IMG/VR virus record: IMGVR_UViG_3300002498_000057 | DNA: 31,518 nucleotides | Direction: 5' to 3' (one strand) | Origin: a virus | Lineage: Duplodnaviria > Heunggongvirae > Uroviricota > Caudoviricetes | In this document: positions 12,160 to 24,994 of the stretch, piece after piece | Position numbering within the stretch: position 1 is the first letter of the stretch | Layout of the letters: each line of letters begins with the position of its first letter | Notes under the pieces: generated by a model | Told to the model about the DNA's origin: nothing | Seen by the model: the letters and a program-made list of their open reading frames with translations, nothing else | Databases searched by the model: none | Made by a program: the position numbers and the translations under genes

Positions 12160-14017
12160 TAATATAACAATTCCGCCTGTAGTTACTAAAAAACTATATG
12201 TAATAGATTAGACTATTGGTCCAAGTTAGACATATACTAGTAGTTTAAATAGTCCATTATTTAGTGAGTATAAATCAAGTGTTACAAAACCATTACAATA
12301 TTATAAAACTATGTGGACTCCTGTAAATGATATTTAGATAAGTCAGTCCAATGTATATGCGCCATAGTTTAATTAGATAAATAAATATACTACTAGAACT
12401 TTTCCATATTTAAATAATATTAAAGATTTATAGAGAATTGCAAAATGAAGTATTAAGCCATAGAATGTTGCAAAGATTGCTATGCAAACTGTATATGCCA
12501 AAACTATGCAAATATACAATTTTTCAAAATTTGATCCAATTGCACATGTAGTAAATAGTCTTATTGGTAATAGTATAGGTATAGCTGGACAATCATTACA
12601 AATACCCATATCAAAATATTCATAGCACCCAATATATAGTGATTATATTAAACATATATACAATAAACAACGTGATTTCAATGTATATTCTATTATGCAT
12701 GGGACGGTATATAACAGAATACGAAAGTATGCAAACTATAGATTTTTTATAAGTAATAAATTAGAAGTTGGAACAACTGGAGTTGCAAATTTATTTCGAG
12801 ATAATTATGATATAAGTGATAAAAATAGATATATATCAACTACGTTTTTAGATCATAGTAAATATTATAAAGATAATAAATCTATTGACTTTGATTAGAC
12901 TACATTAAATACAAATATGTCTGGTGTAGGATATAGAAATAAACAACTTTATAATAGTACTAGTAGTTTACATAATATTTATTATTATTTTAATAATATT
13001 AAAGGTTTACATAACTGGTTTAAAATAGATAATAATATATCAGGATCCTATTTATTAAAAACACATAAACAATGAGTTCCAATATTTAATAGTAGTAGTC
13101 TATATAATATAAATGTAGATAATACTATATCAAATTATACTTATAATAAATCAATATAGTAGTAGCCAGATGCAACTAAATTTGCAACCTCACAGCTTAG
13201 ACCAGATATAAGTTTATTATTTAAAAATCAAAATCACAATATTGAATAGTTTAAAGAATTCTATAAAGAAGTATCAGAAAGCAGTCCAATAATAGCTTTT
13301 GTTCCAAGATACAATAATGTTATTAAATATCCATATAATAATTATAATTGATATCAAACATAGCTAGATAATATATTAATTAATAAAGATTTTAATTCTA
13401 ATCCAGACACAATACCAGATTAGAAATTTGTATATACATAGAACAGTACTACAAGTCTCAATATATTAAAAAGATCAACACTAACTACTGATAAGATGGC
13501 ATTGTCAGGTTTAGAATTAAATAAATCTAATATTGATTATATACCATTATAGTTTATTGATGTAACAAATGAAGGAACTGGAAGTCTTACTGTCAAATTT
13601 AAATCATATATTTCTGCCATGTCAGATACTATATCGCCAAGTTGATAGCAAATTAAATATATTGGCAGACCATTAGCTGGGTTTATTCAAAATTCAGTAG
13701 ATAGAACTATTAGTATAGGATTATATTTAATATCAGAAGACTAGATATAGTTTACATAGAATTGATAGAAGTTAAAAAAGTTACAACAATTAACTTATCA
13801 TGGCAATAGTATTAATAAAATGTATGGTAATATATTTAATTTAAAATTAGGAAGTATATATAATAATAGACTTTGTTATATAAATAGTTTACAAATGTCA
13901 GTATAGAATAATGTGCCATGATAGATAAAAAAGAATAATAAAAAACCACAACATATTAAAGTATAGATTTCATTAACGGTAATAACACATATTGTTAACG
14001 ATAATATATTTGATTAA
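12146..14017 (+). CDS. Second baseplate protein with the same C-terminal tube-initiator-like domain, about 623 aa
   Basis: ATG 12146 overlaps the previous stop. Motifs FKSYISAMSDTISPS[W][E]QIKYIGRP, DRTISI, LKLGSIY, VP[W][E]I. TAA at 14015-14017. Confidence 0.75.
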
Positions 14018-14027
14018 GGAAATATAA

Positions 14028-14291
14028 ATGAGATATTAGAATGTACAAATAACAAATAAAAGATATAATATATCTATAATTCCTTAGATATAGTAGAATG
14101 CTAATGACATTATTATAATAAGTAAGTATGGGGATAGATTAGATCTATTAGCATATAAATACTATAATAATATTAGTTTATGATGAATAATTGCAAAAGC
14201 AAATAGTTTGCCTGGTGATAGTTTATTTATATAGCCATCTACTACAATTATTATTCCATCTAATATAAATGTATATGTGTAGAGTATCTAA
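14028..14291 (+). CDS. LysM-like baseplate wedge protein (87 aa)
   Basis: GDRLDLLAYKYYNNISL[W][W]IIAKAN; the family's WW dipeptide is encoded TGA-TGA at 14181-14186. Confidence 0.88.
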
Positions 14292-16291
14292 TGTTAACAG
14301 TTCAACAATAGTTACATAGAAGAATATAGTTACAAAAAAATAATGATCCTATATGGTTATCAAGAAAAACCTGAGCAATATTTATAACTAATATAAAATG
14401 TAGCTAGAGTGATAAATAGTATTGCACAATAGGTACGCAATAGTTATGAGACGGAAATATTCAATATAATATAAATAATAAACAATAGTGAATAAATAGA
14501 TTTTATAAACCAGTAATATAGTCAATATCTGCAAGTTCTACTGGTCCAATTGGTTGTATGAAAAAGGTTTCTATTAAAATATTATGTTATACATAGTTAC
14601 AATTAAATAAAGTCTTATAGCTATATTGTGTTCCGGGCATGTCATGTGTATTACAGTACGGGTGAAATATGGTAAATGATACTAATATGTTTATCTATAA
14701 TTATGATAATGCAATTGGTGATAATAAACATGGTAATCCATTAGATGTAAATAATGCAGATAAATATAAAGAACAAAATAAATATAGATATCAAATACTA
14801 TCAGGATTTGTTAGTAATTTTAATTTTACTTATACAAATAGTGCAACTTGATAGGTTACAATACAATTTCAAACAAAATAGTTATAGATTATGTAGAAGT
14901 AGGTCCATAAAGATGCAAATAAATATATATCATTAAATAATTAGTATATAGATTATAATGTTACTCCAAATGCTAAAGTACAATAGTTAAATTTAGTTAA
15001 CAATAAATAGCAAATAAATGCATCAACTACATAGGAAGTTGACAAAGATAGATATAGTCCACTAACAGTAAAATAGTTTATAACTTCTAAAATATTTAAA
15101 TATAAATGAACAAATATAGTATATAATTAGAGCTATTATGGATTATTTAGAATAAAGAATATATAGAACTTAAATATATATAAATCATAGACTAATTCAT
15201 AGTTTGATAAAAATTTATTTGTTGATAATTCTAGATTATATGAATAGTATTATTACTATTTACCATTAAAAACAATAAGTAGATTATTTTTTGATAATAC
15301 AATAAACTTTAATAAAAGTAATTTAACTTTTGATACTAATAATAAATTTATTAGATCATTACAGCCTGGCGTTTGCTTACTAATTACAGATTAGGTAATA
15401 GAATAGTTAAATTTCTATGAAAAAAATAAAAATGCTGATGTAATTTATAAAGATTATTTTTATTGCAAGTATAAAGAAAATTTTAATATAGAAAAAAGTA
15501 AAAACCCTGGTGATATAATGGTTAACATAATGTAGTTACAATGTGCAGTAAATTCTAGTTAGAAGTTATCTACAATAATATAGAATTTATTATTAAATAT
15601 AAATAATGCTGTATGTAATTATTGGTAGTTAAAACTTATAGCCAATTAGAATTAGTTTAGAATAATTGATTATAAAAATATTGGAGAATCATTATTAGCA
15701 GATAAACCATTTGATATTAAGTTATAGTTATATTCTGTTGGATCAATAGTTAAAAAATTTAGTATTTAGTCATTTATACCAGACTCATTAAAAAATATGT
15801 TGTCTAATTAGCATTTACTATTAGCAGATAACAATGAAAAATAGAAGAACTATCAAGTAAATAATGAATATCAACAAACAATATAGTAGTTATTTAAAGA
15901 TAGAAAATATTTATATAGAAGTAATCAGGTTGTGCTATCACCATCTACTACTAATCAAATAATACTTAGTGCAAATAAATCATTATATACAAATAGTGTT
16001 GTAGATTATTCACTACACAACTTAAAGTGTAATGTTCATTTACAATAGAGATTTAAATAGTTATATTATAAAAAACTAATACAATTACAAAATAAACCAA
16101 AAATTAAAACATTTATAATACCAATATGACTAACATTAACATTAGATGGCATTAGTGGTATTGAATGGGGTCAATAGATAGTTATACCTGATTTACCGAT
16201 GAGGTATAGAAGATTTAAAGTATTATCAATAGAATAGTCTATAGATAGTTCAGAGTATTCAGTATCATTTAAGTGTTTAAGTATTTTATAA
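14291..16291 (+). CDS. Baseplate hub-like protein, paralog 1 (about 666 aa)
   Basis: TAATG coupling to the previous gene. N-domain IKILCYT[E]LQL...PGMSCVLQYG[W]N; C-terminus LTLDGISGIEWGQIIVIPDLP. Confidence 0.7.
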
Positions 16292-16292
16292 T

Positions 16293-18350
16293 ATGGCTAT
16301 AACTACAGTAATTACACCAATTATTAATTCTAATATTGACACGGTTGTACAAAAATAGTTAAATAATAGAAAGTAGATAGATAAATAGCATACTAATTGA
16401 AAAAAAATTATACCATTTGCAAGTATGTCTTCAATAAAAAACAATAAAGCTATTGATACTATATCATTATATTAGTAGTAGAATTTATTATGAAATACTA
16501 ATAAAAATAATTTAACCGCTGAAGAGTTGAATAGATTACAGACTCCACAAATAATAGATATAACAACATAGACGTCTGGAAAATTTGGGTAGATTATTAA
16601 AATTAGAGTTAATTTTATTTGTTTTACAGATAAACAATTTAATAATATATTTAATACTTTTTTTGATTTAGGATCAACAGTTTGTATTCAATACGGGTGA
16701 AGTCAAAAAACTAATAATTTTATCAATCTAAAAAAAGATAAATATAGTAGTATAAAAAATACTACAAATCCAAATTATGCTTGTTATACTGGAAATGTAG
16801 TTGATATATCATTTAATATATCATAGAATTTTACATATTAGTGTATGATTCAAGTAAATGCATAGAATAGTAATATAGTATTTACATAGCCAACTCAAGA
16901 TTAGTAGCTAATTGTTATTCGTGATAGATCAATACCATTTGAGAATGCAATATTAACTGATTGTTATTTTGGTAATAGTATATTAAAAAGTATATCAAAT
17001 GTAAAAAAGGTTGGATAGAATATAAATTTTGTGACGGTTGGGTTAAAAACTTTATTAAAGATGGTTCAATCTATTCCAACTATTAGTGTCAATACCGCTT
17101 GGACGGCTTCAATACCAAGTAGTGTATGAAAAAATTTAGAAAAAGTATTTATATATTGTGGAATTAGTGTAAATATAAATAATATTAAAACAGATTATAT
17201 AAATTTTATTCCATTTTTAAAATAGTGTATTATTGATAATGTTATAATAAATAATAATTAGAATAAAACTAAATTTAATTTAAACTATAAAAATCTATAG
17301 AATTTAAAATAGTGTGTATCGGTAAATTTATAGTAGGTTGTAATTTCATGATATACAGATGATGGAACTTCAAGACCAAATAATAGCTGTAATCTAATTC
17401 AACCTGCAATTTATATAAATAAACAGACCCTGGAATCATTAAGTTAGAATTGTTCAGTATTATAGTTTATACAAAATGTACTAGATCTTATAAATACTAG
17501 TACTAATAATATATGGAGCTTATCTTGTAAAATAACTAGTAATACTATTATTATATATAATTAGAAAACAAATATATACCCAAAAGATATATATAATATT
17601 AGTACATATAATATAAATAGTATAATTAAATAGTTTAATGTTACATCAACTTATCCACAACAATTTAAAAATATGATTCAAAACTATAAATATTATACTG
17701 GATTATTAGGTGATGCATAGCAATTAACATCAATAAGTACTTATATGAAAAACATTGGTGTGATTGATACATTTAATAATAGTACTATAATAAATAAAGA
17801 TAAATAGATAATAATTTCATTAATAAAATATTTAAAATAGATAGATGCTAACCTTACTACTAATTAGCAACTTGGATTGTTTTATGATACATTTATTACT
17901 AATTGTAAAGCTAATGGAATTACAAACTTTAGTATTCAATATAAATAGTAGTTTGTATTAAAATAGTTAAAAAGAATTTATAAAGCTGCTTATAGTATTG
18001 CATTATAGAGTAAAGGATCTACTGAAAGTTTCTTTGCAAAAATAAAGAATAATGAATATCTTCCTATGGCAATTCCAAATATGAATATGTCTACTAATAT
18101 TAAAAAGAATTTAAGTTTATTATTTAGTAAATGCAATAAAAATTAGCTATTAGTATTACCTATTTCTGTTGAAATTGCTATGAATGGCTTGACTGGATTT
18201 AAATGGGGAAATATCTTTACAGTTTAGTAGATACCAACATATATTAAAGATAATATATATTTTCAAGTTAGTAGCATAAAAAATATAATAAATATAAGAT
18301 AGTGAACAACAAATATTACAGCATATATGAGGTACAAGGTTAGTGGATAA
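16293..18350 (+). CDS. Baseplate hub-like protein, paralog 2 (about 685 aa)
   Basis: N-domain VNFICFTDKQF...LGSTVCIQYG[W]S; C-terminus IAMNGLTGFKWGNIFTV...R[E][W]TTNITAYMR. Confidence 0.7.
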
Positions 18351-20904
18351 GTATTTTGTTAAAAGTTTTTCTAAATCAATAAGTGGTAAAGATATACCAA
18401 TATCTAATTTTCCACTAAAATTCAATACTATGAATGATAACTGGTAGATAATATTAGATGATTATGTATAGTCTATAAAGATTTAGTCAATAGGTATTTA
18501 TGGAAAATTTACAAGAGGTTTAATTACTTTTACTAATATATAGCTATAGTGATTTGATAAAATATTTCCACCTGGAATGTCTATATCTATATATAGTGGA
18601 TAGATAATTGGATTTGTATCTAATGTTGATTGGTCATTAAATAATTATGGTAACTATAATGCAGTAGTGTAGGTTACAGAGTATAATAGTGTTATATATA
18701 GTTTACCTTTAATTGGATTATATTTACCAATTCAAAGATATGGCACATTAAGTGGTATTGGAATAAATACAAAATAGCAACAAGATATAGGATTAATTTC
18801 TACGAGTGCTACATTATAGAATTGATTTTATTATTTAAAATAGACATTTTCTGGAACAGTCCTATAGTATAATGTTGGCGATTATGTATTATATTAGAAT
18901 ATGAAGTTCATTTCATTATATGATACTATATATTACATAAATTGAGCAATTACAAATACAGAAGCAGGTAATATAAAATCATAGTTGAATAACAAGAAAT
19001 ATAATTACTCTAAAGACACTGCAAATTCTATAATATCATATAAGATATATAATTTATAGCAGCACAAATTTTTAAAATCTGCAGACCCAACCGTGTGTAT
19101 TATTGATAACTATAATTAGTTATATAGTGATACTGATGTTAGTGAACTTAATATTTTAATAAATTTATAGTATATACAGTTAATATCATCATAGCCTACA
19201 GTTGGACAGTTTTTATAGAGGTTGTTAACTGATATTAACAATTGCACTTTGAATTTTTGAAATTTAGAATTATGTTGTGATAAAAATAGATATTATATAT
19301 ATAATAAAAAAGGATTCAATCAATCTAATACTGCCAAACTAAATTTATTTAATATATCTAATAGTGTATAGGGCACTGGTATTGTAATATCTAATATATA
19401 GTTACAATCATAGTTTTAGAATTATATTAGAGCTAAAGCTAGAAATGCTGATGGGTCTAGATCAAATACATAGTTAAACTTATTTTAGATGTGAAATAGT
19501 AGGGTAGACAGAAATGGTAAAGCTAAAGTAGCAATTGAAAAAGTAGTATAGAGTCAATCTGAATCAAATGTAGATAAGTTAGCAAAGTTTGTATAGAATA
19601 GTAAAGATTTATTTGCCAATTGAATAAGTACATCATTAATAAATAGACTACAGTCAGTCAAAATGTCAGTTCCAATAGGTGATTAGTTTAAATAGGCATA
19701 TAAATGTCTTTACGTTGGATAGGATGGTGGAACATATGATATGTCTATACCACTATCATTACAATTTACTACAACATTTAATGGTGGAAAACCATAGAAT
19801 TTTATTTTATCTCATCCAGAAAAGCTAATAAATAACCAATAGATATACAATACAGCCATATAGATAATTGGATTACCAGCTAGTTATAACAATTGTTTTT
19901 TTAGAATAATATCATATTAGAATACATATAGTAACAAAGTTTATACAACTAAATATAAACTGTTAATGTATTATAAGAAAAGAGCTAGAAAAATATTTAA
20001 AGATATAACAGTTAAGTTAGTTAATTTCAATTAGTAGGATAAGATAACAGAAGTTTCACCATGAAAAGACTATGCAGTTAAACTTAATCAATTAGATAAA
20101 TCTAAATTTGTATATTAGGTAGATAAAAGAGGTAAAAATAAATATTATTCAGACGAAACAGTTAAAGATGTTATAGTTATACATGGTACAGCAGGTGTAG
20201 ATGCGATAAATGGAGCCGTTGCCTGGTGAGTTGATCCAACCTTTTTAAATAAAGTAAATAAAAATGGTGAAAAAATAAATCAACATGTATGTACACATTT
20301 TGTTATAGATACTACCGGATATCACTATCAACTATTTTCATTAAAATATAGTAGTGCTCATACTAATGATTTTGATTTAAATAAGAGATCAATAGGTATA
20401 TAGTTAGTAAGTCCAGTTATTGCAGTTCCAGCCGGGAATGATAAATATGTTGATATATATAATAATATAATTTCTGGATGAGATATAAAGCATATTGGAA
20501 CATAGTTTAAATCTTGAGTCAAATGAGATAGTATTAAAAAACAATATGGACCGAGAACAAATTTTAATCAGTATGTAGTATTACCTACTAAAGCACAAAT
20601 AGCAAAATTAAACTGATTAATATTAAAATTAAAAAATATGCAAGAAGGTATAATTCCAGATCCAATATATAGTGCTAAACATAATGGAACTAGTATACTT
20701 AATATTGACTATAAATTTTATAATACATATAATAAAGATAGATATACTAAACCATCATTTAGAGGAATCATAACACATGCTGCAATGAGTTATGATAGAT
20801 ATGAATGGCATCCAGAAACATTTGATAATATTGGATTCTGTTTAAATAGAGAAGAAAAACAAAAGGGGCTTGTTATAGTTAATGGTAAGCAATGTGTATT
20901 TTAA
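18343..20904 (+). CDS. Hub-like protein fused to a C-terminal N-acetylmuramoyl-L-alanine amidase (Amidase_2-type) domain, about 853 aa
   Basis: GTG 18343 overlaps the previous stop (start uncertain). Amidase motifs VIVIHGTAG, THFVID, SAHT, RSIGI[E]LV (TAG 20401-20403), GIITH. Track ORF 20638-20904 is its 3' end. Confidence 0.78.
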
Positions 20905-20918
20905 GGAATATTAAATAA

Positions 20919-21977
20919 ATGATAGCAACAATAAAAGATAAATTATATTTAAATAATTAGTTATATTTACAACAGTATTGTATTGGCCCAAGTGGAATGT
21001 ATTATACTGGTGAAGTGTTTAATCCATTATACTCAACAAAATTGACAAAGGATAACATAGCTACTGTTTAGACTTCGTTAACATAGTATACATAGTATCT
21101 TCCATCACCAACTACAGCAGATTATGATAAGGGTTATATTTATAGATATTTTGCAAAAAATAAGGTCAGTAATTAGCATACTATTATTTAGATTAATAAA
21201 TATCAATATGATAATGTAAAATTAAGTTTATATCTTACATTTAATTTAAAATGGTATATATCTGGATAGAGTGCTGCGGCTGTATATAGTAATAATAGAT
21301 ATACAGTATAGAATTTTACACAATAGCCAACAATAAAATATAAGTTAAGTAATTATTTACAATTTTATAAAACAATTAAACAATATACTAATAATATTAT
21401 TAATGGTACATAGCCTAAATAGATATACAAATTATTAAAATATTATAATCAATTTGGATTTAGAATATTATCACCATCTACTAGTAACTATGGATGTTCA
21501 CTATATAATTTTATACATAGAAATTATATATTTAAAGACTTTGATGGTGAATCATAGATTGGACTAAAAACTGGTATTAAATTAAAGAGTAAATAGTTTA
21601 CTTATGTTAATAATAACAAGACTGCTACCTTTAAAAGTAAATAGTATTGTTTAATAGGAATTTAGACAAATACATATAAATAGTATATATTAAATCAAAT
21701 ATTATTAATTACAAAAATTGATAATGTTGAGCATAATAATATTATTTTATTATACATAAAAGCCTAGTATGTCGAGTCTTTTCCATATTTGACAACTAGT
21801 AAAATAGATTTAAAGATATATGGTAAGGGTGACTATATTACTATTAGTACAATATTATATGATATCATAAAAATCCCGGCAATATAGCTAAGTGATTTAA
21901 TACAAATACTTTAGAATTTATAGAAAGATGTTATTAAAATATAGGGAAGTATTATTAAAGATTGGAGAGTTGACTAA
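20919..21977 (+). CDS. Conserved hypothetical (probably baseplate/virion) protein
   Basis: Motif PSPTTADYDKGYIYRYFAK...II[E]INK...LKWYISG, recalled from the end of tail modules of related phages. TAA at 21975-21977. Confidence 0.7.
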
Positions 21978-21980
21978 AAA

Positions 21981-22018
21981 TAATTGTGATAAATTAGTAC
22001 AAACTGGTTATAATAAAT
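21981..22018 (+). promoter_or_regulatory. Putative promoter TTGTGA-N19-TATAAT upstream of the polymerase gene
   Basis: TAATTGTGATAA at 21981-21992 and TATAATAAAT at 22009-22018. The same two boxes occur at the same spacing at 29083-29120. Confidence 0.55.
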
Positions 22019-22040
22019 TTATGGAGAAATAAGAGGGTTA

Positions 22041-23351
22041 ATGAAAGGTATTGTATTACTATTACAAAAATGAGACAATAAGCATAGTAGGGTAAATGAG
22101 TTGTCTGCAATCTATGTATGAGATATATAGAATAATAAAAGTGTGATTACTCCAATTACACATCCAGAATATCAAAAAAATCAAGAACACATAAGAGGTG
22201 TAACATCATTCTAGACCATTTAGTAGTATACAAGTATATATACATTTAATAAAAAAGATTATTTACATTTAATTTCTCCAAAAAATGCAGATATAATCTA
22301 CGATTTAAATATTGCAAATACGTTATTTGACGTGAATATACCAGATTTTGCTACATTTTTATACAAATCATAGATCTATACAATACTTTTCAATAGATGG
22401 CAACTTCATAACACAATTGATTATATCCCAATCATTAAATTAAAATAGATTTGTGATAATTATATATTAAAATATGTATTAAATAATATTAATAATATAA
22501 ATATTAATAATTAGGAATATTTATTATATAATAACAATGCAACATAGATATTTCAAAAAATTTAGTAGCAAGGAATTCAAATAAATTAGTAGGTATTTAA
22601 GAATAAGTTTCCTAATTTATTAGATTTAATTCATAATAATAAAGTTTATTCAAATTATAATTTTAATACTATAACTGGTAGACCATCAAATACATTTGGA
22701 ATAAATTTTGCAGCTCTTAATAAATAGAATGGGTCAAGATAGATAATAATTAGCTCATTCAGTGACGGTGTGTTATTATAGACAGATTTCAGTGCATATC
22801 ATTTAGCGTTAATATCTTAGATTATATAGTATTAGTTTCCATTAAAAAGTAATATACATTAGGAAATGGCTAAGCAATATTTTAATTCAAAAATTCCAAC
22901 TCAACAGCAAATATTATTAAGTAAAGAAATTTCATTTAAATTATTATATGGTGGTATAAGTAAATAGTATATGAATATTTAGTTTTTAAAATTAACATAG
23001 TAGTATATCAATAATTTATGAAGCATATATAAGAATAAGCCTAGATATATTCCAATTATTAATAGAAAGATAGATAATGTTACAAAAAAACAAACATTAT
23101 TTAATTACTTAATTCAAAATTATGAAACAAAAAACAATCTATATATAATAGAAAAATTGTTAACTAAATTATCAGAAGCAAATCTAAAATCAAAAATGAT
23201 ATTATATACTTATGATAGTTTTTTATTTGATATAGATAAACAGTAGCTTAGAGATGTATTTACTATAATTAAGAATACTTTAGAATAGAATTATAGATAT
23301 TTAATTCACTATAGTGTTGGATTAAATTATAATGATATGAAAAAACTTTAA
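22041..23351 (+). CDS. Short family A (Pol I-like) DNA polymerase, about 436 aa
   Basis: Motifs TITGRPSNTFGINFAALNK[E]NG, motif A LL[E]TDFSAYH, motif B SKEISFKLLYGG, LFNYLIQNYET, motif C LYTYDSFLFD. Confidence 0.85.
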
Positions 23352-23369
23352 CTTTTAAGATAATACAAG

Positions 23370-23381
23370 ATATTTATATAT
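23370..23381 (+). promoter_or_regulatory. ATATTTATATAT motif, putative phage promoter
   Basis: Intergenic, just before the SD (CAGGAGA) of ORF 23399. Confidence 0.5.
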
Positions 23382-23398
23382 AACAGGAGAATGTTATT

Positions 23399-23629
23399 AT
23401 GGAAGATAAACAGTTTAATGATGAATTGATAAAATAGATTGCAGACGACTTACAGTCTGAATTTTAGGATGATATAATAAATTTAAAGAATGATGATCAT
23501 AGAAATAGAGTTAGATCATTTTTACATATAAAAGGCTACCCGAGTCATTTTATTGATAAGTATATATAGTCATTACATAATAGAGCATATTCATCAAAAT
23601 CATCACTAGATAATTTATAGGAAAATTAA
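23399..23629 (+). CDS. Small acidic hypothetical protein (76 aa)
   Basis: SD GGAGA, ATG 23399, TAA 23627-23629. Confidence 0.6.
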
Positions 23630-23649
23630 GTAGAAGGAAGTTACAAAAA

Positions 23650-24069
23650 ATGAAAAATACTCAATTACTTTGTACGTTTGTATAGAAATGAAAATTAGCA
23701 AAAGTTATACAAGAAATTACAGATAATTATAGTATAGTTGGAAGTAAAATAGTTACATTATATAATAAAGATAACGTAGATTAGTTATTTTGTGTTTATA
23801 ATGTTAAAATTGATTAGACCTATAAAGAAATTTATAACACAATTAAAGTTCATAGAAAAAAAGAAACAAATACATTATACACTATAAATTCTTTAAATAG
23901 ACTTATCTTATTGTCAAATGGTAATCAAGTATCTACTTAGTTTATCGTAGATTGGAAAAACTATTATAGTACATTTTTATTATTAAGGAACAATTAGCTA
24001 TTAAAAATTAAAACAAGTGTGTTTAAAATATTCTATACAGAAAATAAAGAAATAACAAATAATAAATAA
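23650..24069 (+). CDS. Conserved hypothetical phage protein upstream of SSB
   Basis: MKNTQLLCTF...TIKVHRKKETNTLYTINSLN...F.VDWKNY matches a recalled family found next to gp32-like genes. Confidence 0.8.
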
Positions 24070-24093
24070 AGCAAATACTAAGTAGTAATTGCA

Positions 24094-24114
24094 AAATAAC
24101 AAATAACAAATAAC
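24094..24114 (+). repeat. AAATAAC x3 tandem repeat in the SSB leader
   Basis: Three exact copies abutting the SD AGGAGA at 24115-24120. Confidence 0.85.
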
Positions 24115-24127
24115 AGGAGAAAAAGAC

Positions 24128-24925
24128 ATGAGCTCAATCAACAAGGATCGGCTAAGATAGCGCTTAGCCTAGGCACAGAAGCAAACTGTAGGTAACAAAC
24201 ATTTATTTCGACCATAGCCAGGTGTTACAAAAATTAGAGTAATACCTTATAAGTTTAATAAATAGGATCCATTTATTGATATTTATTTTCATTATAAATT
24301 TGGAAATCCATAGCAAACTTATTTGTCACCATTGACTTGAGGTTAGGAAGATCCAATTTATACATTTGCTAAATAGTTTCAAAAAAATGCAGCAGGTGAT
24401 ACTGAAAAATGGAAATTAGGTAAAAAGTTGTAGCCTGTAAAAAGAAGATTCTTACCGATTATTGTAAGAGGAAAAGAAGAATAGGGTGTTAAATTTTGAG
24501 GATTTGGTAAAGAGATCTACTAGTCATTGTTATCATATTTTAATGATGAAGACTATGGTGATATTTTAGATGTAAAATAGGGTAAAGATATTTAGATTAC
24601 AAATATTTCTGCTGAATAGGCTGGAAATAATTTTGGTAAAACAACTATTAAAATTAAACCTAAGGATTGTCCTATAACTCAAGATACTGCACTACTAAAA
24701 AAGATATTAACTGAACAAGAAAATCTATTAGATATTTATAAAGGTATTCATGCATATACCTATGAAGCTCTTGAAAAAGCATTAGATAAATATTTAAATC
24801 CTAAAACATAGTAGATTACAGAATAGGTTAAATAGACCAAACCAAGTCAAACTAAACCAAGTAAAACTGATACAAAGTCTATCGATGAAGCAATGGCTTA
24901 GATAGATGAATTACTTAATGTATAA
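24128..24925 (+). CDS. Single-stranded DNA-binding protein (T4 gp32-like), 265 aa
   Basis: Motifs KIRVIPYKFNK[E]DPF, YLSPLT[W]G[E]EDP, GKKL[E]P, PIIVRGKEE[E]GVKF[W]GFGK, DEDYGDI; acidic C-terminal tail. Confidence 0.88.
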
Positions 24926-24937
24926 CAACTAATATAA

Positions 24938-24974
24938 TAAACAGTAGAAGTACTAATAATACTTCTACTGTTTA
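24938..24974 (+). terminator. Inverted repeat / probable terminator after SSB
   Basis: Perfect 15-bp stem TAAACAGTAGAAGTA / TACTTCTACTGTTTA with a 7-nt loop. Confidence 0.75.
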
Positions 24975-24994
24975 TATTTTATGAGGAAATAATA

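Noticed and set aside
22517-22530. ATATTTATTATATA as another copy of the promoter motif
   Set aside because: It lies inside the polymerase reading frame (EYLLY) and is an imperfect match.
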